Source: a bacterium
GTDB lineage: Bacteria > Electryoneota > Electryoneia > Electryoneales > Electryoneaceae
Direction: 5' to 3'
NCBI GenBank assembly: GCA_963675295.2
Contig: CAXXKJ010000002.1
Coordinates: 3,744,001-3,808,000, forward strand
Length of the DNA stretch: 64,000 nt
Position numbers and translations under genes: made by a program. Shown one piece after another: positions 31,501 to 39,903 of the stretch. A model generated the notes under the pieces. That model was not told where the DNA came from, ran no database searches, and saw only the letters and a program-made list of their open reading frames with translations. Position 1 is the stretch's first letter. Every line of letters begins with the position of its first letter.

Positions 31501-32709
31501 TTACAGTCCCGGCTCGTAGGCGCTTTCACCGTGCAGCGACATATCCAATTCGCCTTCTTCCACCTCGGTGGTCTTGACCGGGGTGATCTTGTTGATCAGC
31601 CACAGCATGCCGTAGGTGAAAATGAACGCGTAAATGGACGAAAGCAGAACTGCCAGAACCTGTACCCCGAAGAACTGAACGTTTCCGCCGAAAATCAAGC
31701 CCGACTGCCCGTTGATCGCCTCACTCGCCAACAGGCCCAGCATGATGATCCCGAGCGCGCCACCGACACCGTGCACGCCCCAGACATCCAGCGCGTCATC
31801 CCAACCGAGCTTGTTCTTCAGGCTGACCGCTGCGTAGCAGACAATACCCGCGGAAAGGCCGATAATCGCGGCAGAGCCCGGAGATACGAACCCGGCAGCC
31901 GGAGTAATCGTCGCCAGGCCGGCAACCGCACCGGTCAACAGACCGACGAACTTCGGCTTCTTCACCAGTGACCACTCCAACAACATCCACATGATCGCTG
32001 CGCAGGAGGCGGCGATATCGGTGTTGATGAAAGCGGTGACGGTGATGGTGTCAACGAGCAGCTCGGAGCCGGCGTTGAACCCGTACCAGCCGAACCACAG
32101 CAGACCGGTACCCAGCGCGACCAGCGGAATGCTGTGCGGCTGAGCGTCTGCTTTACGCCGTCGTCCCACGTAAAGCACAGAAGCGAGGGCGGCCATACCC
32201 GCCGTGTTGTGTACTGCAATGCCGCCCGCAAAATCGAGTACACCCCACTCTGCGAGCAGGCCGCCACCCCACACCATATGCACGAACGGGAAATACACCA
32301 GCACCAGCCACGCGATCAGGAACAGCAGATAAGCCGGGAAGCGGACGCGGTTGGCGAACGCGCCGGTGATCAACGCAGGCGTGATGATCGCGAACATCAT
32401 CTGGTAGGAGAAGAACAGGAATTCCGGAATCTCGCCCCCGCCGAACGGCGTGTTCAGCGTGACGCCGTGCAGGAATGCCTTGTCCAGGTTCCCGATGATT
32501 CCGCCCTCGCCGCCGCTGAAGCACAGCGAGTAGCCGAACGCGAACCAGAGGATGGTGGTGATGCCGAGCGAAACGAAGCTCTGGTACATGATGCTGAGCA
32601 CGTTCCGGCGTCCGACAAGCCCGCCGTAGAAGAACGCCAGTCCCGGTGTCATCAGCATCACGAGGCTGGTCGCGACGAGCATGAAGCCCGTGTGTCCCGT
32701 ATCGAACAT
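31501..32709 (-). CDS. amt: Ammonium transporter
   Basis: MTPGLAFFYGG, FAIITPALITGA, DFAGGIAVH, LWFGWYGFNAGS and DDALDVWGVHG motifs. Confidence 0.97.
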   Translation of the reverse strand: MFDTGHTGFMLVATSLVMLMTPGLAFFYGGLVGRRNVLSIMYQSFVSLGITTILWFAFGYSLCFSGGEGGIIGNLDKAFLHGVTLNTPFGGGEIPEFLFFSYQMMFAIITPALITGAFANRVRFPAYLLFLIAWLVLVYFPFVHMVWGGGLLAEWGVLDFAGGIAVHNTAGMAALASVLYVGRRRKADAQPHSIPLVALGTGLLWFGWYGFNAGSELLVDTITVTAFINTDIAASCAAIMWMLLEWSLVKKPKFVGLLTGAVAGLATITPAAGFVSPGSAAIIGLSAGIVCYAAVSLKNKLGWDDALDVWGVHGVGGALGIIMLGLLASEAINGQSGLIFGGNVQFFGVQVLAVLLSSIYAFIFTYGMLWLINKITPVKTTEVEEGELDMSLHGESAYEPGL

Positions 32710-32837
32710 TGTATCCTCCCTGGAAATCCAATCCGCCTGATAACAGGCATCTACGAAGAATCAAGTTCGAAAATGCACAAACTCGTAACAATCGGGGAAA
32801 CCCTGATTCTTTGCGGGGATTTCCCTGAGACGAAAAA

Positions 32838-32900
32838 CGGTAGTCGGTATACGGTGGTCGGTGCTAGGTAGATCAGGGGTTGTGGTTGGTGGTCGGTGGT
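32838..32900. repeat. Nine in-phase 7-nt units, consensus CGGTGGT
   Basis: cggtagt cggtata cggtggt cggtgct aggtaga tcagggg ttgtggt tggtggt cggtggt. Confidence 0.75.
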
Positions 32901-33107
32901 ATGATCAAGGGGACATCTGACGGCACCTAGCGCAGCTGGTTGGATGTGAGCAACCAGAACGATCTACGGATACAACCAATGAACTGAACGGTCAGTGCCG
33001 GCAGGTGTCCCGGGCAATCGATCTGGCCAGAAAACGATTCCCGCGGGAGCTTCTGTTCGCTACCGTGGCTTATCCATCTAAACCCGTCACCCTCTCCCTC
33101 AGCCCCT

Positions 33108-33761
33108 CTACCCATCCAGCCGCGTCAACCCTTCCCGGATGGCGTACTTGGTGAGTTCGGCGATTGAATTGAGGTTCAGCTTGTTCTTGATCTGGACACG
33201 GTGGGTCTCGATGGTTTTGACGCTGACATTCAGCTTCTCCGCCATATCTTTCGTCGAACTGCCTTCGGCGAGCAGTTGCAGCACTTCCCGTTCGCGCGCA
33301 CTGAGCACGGTGTAGGCCGATTCTTCGTCCTCGCGCACCCGTTCGACAAATTCCTTCACCACCAAATCGGCGATCGCCGGGCTGAGGTACATCCGTCCCG
33401 CACGCACTTCCTGCAACGCGTGGATCAGCTCGTCGAACGACGATTCCTTCAGCACATAGCCCATCGCGCCGGCTTTCAACGCTTCGGTGACATACCGCCG
33501 GTCGGCGTGCATCGACAGCACCAGCACCCGGATTTCCGGACTCTCAGCGAGGATCTGCCGTGTCGCCTCGATGCCGTTGAGGCCAGGCATCGACAGGTCG
33601 ATCAGCACGAAATCGGGCTTCAGCCGCCGGACATCACGCACCGCCGCCAATCCGTCCGCACCCTCCCCTGCAACCTCGAGATCGGGTTGACGGTCGAGCA
33701 GCGGCTTCAACGCGTCCCGGAAAATCTTGTGATCGTCCGCGAGGTAAATCGTCTTCGGCAT
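33108..33761 (-). CDS. NarL/FixJ-family response regulator
   Basis: LADDH, DLSMPGLNG and LSAREREVLQLLAEG...TIETHR LuxR HTH. Confidence 0.95.
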   Translation of the reverse strand: MPKTIYLADDHKIFRDALKPLLDRQPDLEVAGEGADGLAAVRDVRRLKPDFVLIDLSMPGLNGIEATRQILAESPEIRVLVLSMHADRRYVTEALKAGAMGYVLKESSFDELIHALQEVRAGRMYLSPAIADLVVKEFVERVREDEESAYTVLSAREREVLQLLAEGSSTKDMAEKLNVSVKTIETHRVQIKNKLNLNSIAELTKYAIREGLTRLDG

Positions 33762-33766
33762 CGGCC

Positions 33767-34447
33767 TTACGCCCCTCGTTCCGGCAGAATAATTCGAATC
33801 CGCGTGCCCTTGCCCGGTGTGGAATCGCACTCGAGCTGGCCACCGGTAAAGTCAAGCTGTTCCCGGATGTTGAACAATCCGAGCCCGTGGTCTTCGTCCG
33901 GCATCGACTTTAATGTGGCGGTGTCAAATCCGACCCCGTTGTCGCTGACTTCGACGTATTGCCGGTTGCCATCGCGCCCGAGCGTGATCTGCGCTTTCTT
34001 CGCGTTGGCGTGCTTCACCACGTTGATCAGCAGTTCCCGTGCAGTGCTGAACAACTGGCCGTTGAGCTCGTCGTCGCCGGTGTCCACCGGATACTTTTCC
34101 ACGACCTTCACCTTCAGGCCGTGCTTGATCTCGAAATGTTCCGCCAGCCATTCGAGTGCGGCGGGCAGGCCAAGCTCATGCAGCACCGGCGGGCTGATTT
34201 CGAAGCACAGCGTGCGCGTGTTGCGGATGGTCTGGTCGAGCATCTGCAGGATTTCGTTGACGTTCTTGTCGAACCCACTGAAGACCGCGTCCCCGCGCAA
34301 CGTGATCAGCTTCATCCGCATGAACGCCAGCGACTGCCCGATGTTGTCGTGCAGCTCGCGCGCAATCTGCCGCCGCTCGCGGTCACGGGCACGGCTGAGT
34401 TCGCTGGCCAGTCGTCGCAGACGCGCTTCGTGCGCTTCGGAATTCAT
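33767..34447 (-). CDS. HisKA_3 histidine kinase without sensor domain
   Basis: ERRQIARELHDNIGQSL, ELLINVVKHA, DNGVGFD and GLGL motifs; in-frame stop just upstream of the ATG. Confidence 0.9.
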   Translation of the reverse strand: MNSEAHEARLRRLASELSRARDRERRQIARELHDNIGQSLAFMRMKLITLRGDAVFSGFDKNVNEILQMLDQTIRNTRTLCFEISPPVLHELGLPAALEWLAEHFEIKHGLKVKVVEKYPVDTGDDELNGQLFSTARELLINVVKHANAKKAQITLGRDGNRQYVEVSDNGVGFDTATLKSMPDEDHGLGLFNIREQLDFTGGQLECDSTPGKGTRIRIILPERGA

Positions 34448-34653
34448 CGTCTTCCCAGTTGGTTACCCGCCGTCCCGGATGGCAGCCTGGTGTCACATCC
34501 AGCAACAATATACGTGCATCGGGCAACAGCACCTCGATCGCGCTCGTCACGGCCCGCAATCTCGCTTGGAACACAGGTTCTCATTGCAAACGTGCTGGTA
34601 AAATACGATGTTGGATAGGCCGGATAACATTATTCTACATATAGGGGGCCCTC

Positions 34654-35088
34654 ATGCTGTTGCAGGATCTGCTTAAAGGCAAGGATGTCGGCGTCGTCAC
34701 CGTTCCCACCGGAACGCTGGTGATTGAAGCCGTCAGGCAGATGGTCAAACACAAGATCGGCGCGATTCTCGTCGTCAACGGGGAGGAGATCCTCGGCATC
34801 TTCACCGAACGCGATCACCTTAAAGCCTCTGCGGTGGGCACGCCGGATCCGGGCAATGCGATCATCGACGATCACATGACGCGCGATCTGGTCGTCGGCC
34901 TGTTGGCGGACACGGCTCAGCGCGCGATGGCGACGATGACCGAAAAGCGGGTCCGTCACCTCCCCGTGATGGACGGCAGCAAGCTGGTCGGGATTGTTTC
35001 CATCGGTGACGTGGTCAAAGCCGTGGTCGATGTGCAGGAAGTTGAACTACGCTACTTGAAGGATTATGTCAGCGGCCGTGTTTCCTGA
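34654..35088 (+). CDS. Stand-alone CBS-pair protein
   Basis: GIFTERD, RVRHLPV and GIVSIGDVVK motifs. Confidence 0.92.
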   Translation: MLLQDLLKGKDVGVVTVPTGTLVIEAVRQMVKHKIGAILVVNGEEILGIFTERDHLKASAVGTPDPGNAIIDDHMTRDLVVGLLADTAQRAMATMTEKRVRHLPVMDGSKLVGIVSIGDVVKAVVDVQEVELRYLKDYVSGRVS

Positions 35089-35231
35089 TCAATACCGCTG
35101 GTAGTCTGTCTCTGAGAGAGAGTAACAAAACGCGACGGGGTCCACCGCGAACGGTGTTCCTTGTCGCGTTTTTGCGTAATTTCGATAGCATCAGCATGCG
35201 GTTAACTGCTGACATTCGAGAGGGAGGTATC

Positions 35232-36887
35232 ATGAAACGCTACGGATTGCTTTTTCTTCTGATCGTCATTCTGGCGGCACAGCCGGTGCTCGCCGACTGG
35301 ACGATCGTTGACGCCGGAATCAACGCCACGATCAACGCCGTCAGTTATCCAACCGCGGACGACGCCTGGTTGTGTGACGCATCCGGCGGAGTCTGGCACA
35401 CCGCCAATGGCGGACAGACCTGGGATGAACAGATCAATTTCGGCCTCGAAACCATGCGCGGCATCAGTTTCGCGGACAATCAGTTCGGCACCACGGTTGC
35501 CTATTCCGGTTCGATCTACAAGACGACCGATGGCGGCGACAACTGGTCCACCGTTCAGGAAGGCTTCCTGATCTCGTGGTACGATGTTTACACCATCCCC
35601 GGCACGCAGGCATCTTTTTGCGCCGGCCAGAACACCATCTTCTCCCCGCTGGTGATGTACACCACCGACGGCTGGGCAACCGACGACGCGTTTACGTTCT
35701 ACATCGACATTGGCGGTAGCCTCAACGAAGGCTCGATTCGTTGCTTCCACGCCTTGGATACCAGCACGTTCATCGCGGGCTGCCGCGTGTTCGACGGCAC
35801 TGGCGCGATCTGCCGGTCAACCGACGGCGGTGATACGTGGGTAACGGTCTGGCATGATTCGTCCCCGGTGTTCGACCTCGCGTTCCTCGATGCCAATGTC
35901 GGCGTCGCGGCGCTCAGTGACGGTTCGATCATGCGCACCACCGACGGCGGCGCCTCCTGGACGACGGTCATGGACGAGCCCGGTTCGCCGATGCAGGGTG
36001 TCGCGTTCCAGGATGCTGATCACGTCTGGGCGGTGGGTGGCGGTGGATCGATGTACTCCAGCACCGACGGTGGTGTCACCTGGACCGAGGAAGACAGTGG
36101 CACAACCATGTCGCTGTGGTCAATCGACTTCGCGAACGCCGATTCCGGGATTGCGGTTGGCGCGAACGGAACCATCCTTGTCTACGACACCGGCGGTGCA
36201 CCGGCGGCACTGGACCTGATCGCGATCAACACCGAGCTGCCCTCCACAGGCGGCACCATCTACTACGATGTGTCATTCGAAAGCACGTACCCGAACACGG
36301 TCAATGGCCTGCGCTTCTGGGTGATGGTTGACGCTCCCAACGAGCAGTCGTACCTGACGCTATCCCAGTATTTCACCCACACGCCGTCCATGAGTGTGTA
36401 CCTCTCCGCTGTGGAACAACCGGTACCATCTTTCGCGCCGGGCGGGACCTACACCCTCACCGGACACATCGGCTTCTACCCGAACGCGCTGCTGATGGAC
36501 AGCTTCGAGTTCTTCAAGGACGGCGGCGGCAGCTCAGATGGCACAAACTCTGATCCGTCAGCATGGCAGAGCAGGAGTGAGCTTGCCTTGGCGTCGGGAT
36601 CTGTGACAGCGGCAAACCCCAGCGAGTTTGCACTGAGCGCGGCATTCCCGAATCCGTTCAACCCGGCGGCCTCGGTGTCGGTGTCCCTGCCACAGGCGTC
36701 CGAGCTGACGGTTCAGGTGTTTGACGTCACCGGCCGGCTGGTGACGACATTGGCGAATGGCGGATTCACTGCCGGCCTGCACGCCTTCACCATTGACGGC
36801 ACCAACCTCGCCAGCGGGTTGTATTTCGTCCGCGCGAATGTGCCCGGCCAGTGGCAGATGACACGGAAAGTGACATTGCTCAAGTAG
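35232..36887 (+). CDS. Secreted YCF48/BNR beta-propeller protein with T9SS-type CTD
   Basis: Repeated TTDGG.TW Asp-boxes; C-terminal FPNPFNP...LASGLYF...KVTLLK; GGAGG SD. Confidence 0.88.
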   Translation: MKRYGLLFLLIVILAAQPVLADWTIVDAGINATINAVSYPTADDAWLCDASGGVWHTANGGQTWDEQINFGLETMRGISFADNQFGTTVAYSGSIYKTTDGGDNWSTVQEGFLISWYDVYTIPGTQASFCAGQNTIFSPLVMYTTDGWATDDAFTFYIDIGGSLNEGSIRCFHALDTSTFIAGCRVFDGTGAICRSTDGGDTWVTVWHDSSPVFDLAFLDANVGVAALSDGSIMRTTDGGASWTTVMDEPGSPMQGVAFQDADHVWAVGGGGSMYSSTDGGVTWTEEDSGTTMSLWSIDFANADSGIAVGANGTILVYDTGGAPAALDLIAINTELPSTGGTIYYDVSFESTYPNTVNGLRFWVMVDAPNEQSYLTLSQYFTHTPSMSVYLSAVEQPVPSFAPGGTYTLTGHIGFYPNALLMDSFEFFKDGGGSSDGTNSDPSAWQSRSELALASGSVTAANPSEFALSAAFPNPFNPAASVSVSLPQASELTVQVFDVTGRLVTTLANGGFTAGLHAFTIDGTNLASGLYFVRANVPGQWQMTRKVTLLK

Positions 36888-36933
36888 CGGCAGGCTGCAT
36901 ATCATGATCCAACGAATCGTTCACCGATTCCCG

Positions 36934-36967
36934 AGCCCCGGTTTCCGCCGGGGCTTGTTTGTTTTTT
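36934..36967 (+). terminator. Intrinsic terminator
   Basis: agccccgg/ccggggct plus T-rich tail. Confidence 0.75.
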
Positions 36968-37079
36968 CCGGCCCGGCACTATACTCTCCGGTAGAACATA
37001 GACAGCGCAACGTTTTCACGTCGCGTTCATCCTACCTTCATCGTGAATTGCCCCCCATCGATTCACCGGAGCCCTCAGC

Positions 37080-39413
37080 ATGTTCACTGTGAACCATGTC
37101 CGCAGACCGATTCTGTCTGGCGTACTGTTTCTGCTCTTCGTTCTGACCGTTCCCGCTTTCGCGACGATCTGGCACGGGCAGGTACTCGACGCCCACACCG
37201 GCCAGCCGATCGCGAATGCCACCCTGCAATCCGCCGCAGACAACCGCAGTTGGACCAGCGACGACAATGGCGATTTTTCGTTGCAGCTTTCCGGCGACGA
37301 TTCACCAGTCCATGTTCTGGTTTCCCGGCTGGGCTACTACGCCGCCGAGTTTGCGTTACGCGAGGACGGCGAAGCTGGCAACACTTTCCAGCCGTTGTTG
37401 CTGATCCCGAAGCCGATCGCGCTGGAAGAGATCTACCTCACCGCCCAGCGTGGCACGGGAGAACTGGTCGACTTGTTCGCCGGTGACCGGCTGCAGGAAG
37501 GGTTGCCGAACGATGTCGCGGAAGTGTTTGCCAATACGCCGGGTTACGGAGTGGTGCGCAAGGGCGCGTACGGTTCCGACCCGGTCATCCGTGGCTTCAA
37601 GCGGGATCAACTGCAGGTACGCATCAACGGCATCGGCACCTTGGATAGCGCCTGCCCGAACCGCATGGACCCGGTCACCGCGCAGATTCAACCGGCCGAT
37701 CTCAAGGACGTGCAGGTCACCAAAGGCCCGTACTCGCTGCGCTACGGAACTTCGTTCGGTGGCGTGGTCAATCTCTCAACCCACCGCCCGACACCGAGCT
37801 ACGGCGACCCCGGCTGGCAATCCTCCGCCCTGTTCCGCTATGAGGGCAACGGTGAGGGCAAAGTCGCGCGAGCGTCTCTGGTACGCAGTGACAAGCATTA
37901 CGGCTTCCGTATCTCCGGTGGTGTCAAGGATTATGGCAACGTGACCGACGGTGACGGCAACGAAATCCCGTCCAGCTTCTCCGTGTACGATTACACCGTG
38001 CTCGGCGCGCTACGTCCCGCGGCCAACCACATGCTCGACGTGCTGTTCCGTCAATCGTTCGGACGCGACATTGAATACGCCGGCTTGCCGATGGACGCTG
38101 CGATCGACGACGCGACGCTCGTCCAGGGCACCTGGCGCTGGACGCAACCGTTCCGCTGGATGCCACAGCTCGAGCTGGCAGGTTACATGAGCCAGGTTGA
38201 TCACGAGATGGACAACCTCGCCCGTCCCAACGCCGTCGCGGCGCAATCAGTTGCGAACACCTCGGCGGATACGTACGGCGGTCGTCTCGAGACCCTGATC
38301 TCCGGTGGTGACAGTGGGATGCTGTACGTCGGCGTGGACAATGATATCGTCGCCAAAGACGGTCAGCGCCGGCGTGAGGTGTACGTCAATACCTGCACCG
38401 GGATGACAATGGACCCGCCGGTAACGTTCTACGACGGTGTCTGGCAGGACGTGACCTCGATCCGCAGCGGCGTGTTCACCGAGTGGGAAGGCCGCTTGAG
38501 CCAGTCGACCCGTTACCAGGCCGGTGCGCGGTTTGACATGCACCAGGCCGACAGCGACAACCCGGCCACGCAGTTCATCTCGGCGTATGGATCAGACCTC
38601 AGCAGCTCCAACGAGGCTGTGTCGGTCACCGCATCCATCGCTCAGCAGGTCGCCCGCGACGCGGAAGTGCGTCTGTCGCTCGGCCAGGGCACACGCTTCC
38701 CCAGCCTCACCGAGCTGTACATCAACCATCTCACCGTCGGGCAGGACGCCTTCGAGTACTTCGGCAACCCGAACCTCAAGCCCGAGATGAACCGTCAGGT
38801 TGACCTTTCCTTCGGCATGGCAACCGGTCCGGTGGATTTCCAGTTGACCGGGTATGTTTCGTTCCTCACCGACGCGATCACCGCGCAGGTTGACCCGAAT
38901 TTACCCCGCTTGTACATGCCGTGCATGGACCCGCAGAATACCAAACGCTTTGTCAATGTGGATGAGGCGCGTGTCGCCGGATTTGACTGGACGGCGGGCT
39001 TTCAGCTACACCCGAAGCTGCACCTGCAGACCAGCCTCGCCTACACCTGGGCGCAGAACATCACCGACGACGAACCGATGCCGGAGATCCCACCGTTCGA
39101 AGGACGCTGGACATTGCACTACGCGCTGGATTTCATCCACGGTGGCTGGATCGACCTGCATGGCCGTCACGTAAGCGAACAGACCCGTGTCGCGTCCAGT
39201 TTTGGCGAACAGGAATCGGACGCGTTCAACGTGTTCGACGTGCGTGCAGGCATGGCGGTCGGCAAACATCTGCGGATTGTCGCGGGCGTGCAGAATGTGC
39301 TCGACGAACAGTACCGCGAACACCTCAACCGCAACTACAAGAACCAGTATACGATGCAGCCGTTGTACGAGCCCGGCCGCAATGTGTACCTGCAGCTTGG
39401 CGTGACGTACTGA
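37080..39413 (+). CDS. TonB-dependent receptor, OprC-like copper type
   Basis: Carboxypeptidase-regulatory-like N domain; plug DPVIRG; CPNRMD (CxxxM) and HEM (HxM) motifs; GNPNLKPE; C-terminal EPGRN. Confidence 0.88.
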   Translation: MFTVNHVRRPILSGVLFLLFVLTVPAFATIWHGQVLDAHTGQPIANATLQSAADNRSWTSDDNGDFSLQLSGDDSPVHVLVSRLGYYAAEFALREDGEAGNTFQPLLLIPKPIALEEIYLTAQRGTGELVDLFAGDRLQEGLPNDVAEVFANTPGYGVVRKGAYGSDPVIRGFKRDQLQVRINGIGTLDSACPNRMDPVTAQIQPADLKDVQVTKGPYSLRYGTSFGGVVNLSTHRPTPSYGDPGWQSSALFRYEGNGEGKVARASLVRSDKHYGFRISGGVKDYGNVTDGDGNEIPSSFSVYDYTVLGALRPAANHMLDVLFRQSFGRDIEYAGLPMDAAIDDATLVQGTWRWTQPFRWMPQLELAGYMSQVDHEMDNLARPNAVAAQSVANTSADTYGGRLETLISGGDSGMLYVGVDNDIVAKDGQRRREVYVNTCTGMTMDPPVTFYDGVWQDVTSIRSGVFTEWEGRLSQSTRYQAGARFDMHQADSDNPATQFISAYGSDLSSSNEAVSVTASIAQQVARDAEVRLSLGQGTRFPSLTELYINHLTVGQDAFEYFGNPNLKPEMNRQVDLSFGMATGPVDFQLTGYVSFLTDAITAQVDPNLPRLYMPCMDPQNTKRFVNVDEARVAGFDWTAGFQLHPKLHLQTSLAYTWAQNITDDEPMPEIPPFEGRWTLHYALDFIHGGWIDLHGRHVSEQTRVASSFGEQESDAFNVFDVRAGMAVGKHLRIVAGVQNVLDEQYREHLNRNYKNQYTMQPLYEPGRNVYLQLGVTY

Positions 39414-39520
39414 GCGTATGAGCGGGGAAGCAGCGTGTGTAGATGAATCTGAGACGCGTGTGAACCCACCGAATGCAGCGGTTTCGACCGATATCCCGAG
39501 CGTGGAAAGTGGCAAACGAG

Positions 39521-39546
39521 ACAACCCGGCTCATCAGCCGGGTTGT
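39521..39546. terminator. Bidirectional terminator between receptor gene and tRNA
   Basis: acaacccggct-catc-agccgggttgt. Confidence 0.75.
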
Positions 39547-39555
39547 TTGTGCTTG

Positions 39556-39643
39556 CGGAGAGGGCGGGATTCGAACCCGCGTCCAGGGGTTACCTGAAAC
39601 ACGCTTTCCAAGCGTGCGCCTTCAGCCACTCGGCCACCTCTCC
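39556..39643 (-). tRNA. tRNA-Ser (GGA); CCA not encoded
   Basis: Reverse complement GGAGAGGTGGCCGAGTGG...CACGC-TTGGAAA-GCGTG, long variable arm, GGTTCGAATCC, CTCTCCG. Confidence 0.96.
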
Positions 39644-39903
39644 AGCGCACAGTCTGTCGTGCAGCGATGCGGAAGGTAGCGCAGGCACATCGGATGACGC
39701 AAACTCCAGCTGCGGGGGTGGAGCCTGCTTCGTGTGAACCCATACGTCCAGTATTTCCGGGCGTTGCACCTGCCGTTCGTCTTTTGTGTTTTTGGACAAA
39801 CACTGCTCTCAGGGTACGGCTGATTTATCGCTGGCATTGTGCAGAGCCCGCTCAATTGTTCTGATTACGGGCGATTTGACCACCAACGATCCGGGCAGCA
39901 CGA

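Noticed and set aside
36904-37092. CruR/DUF2946-type copper-sensing leader peptide before the TonB receptor
   Set aside because: No CxxC or RAPP-like arrest motif, and the ORF crosses the upstream terminator.
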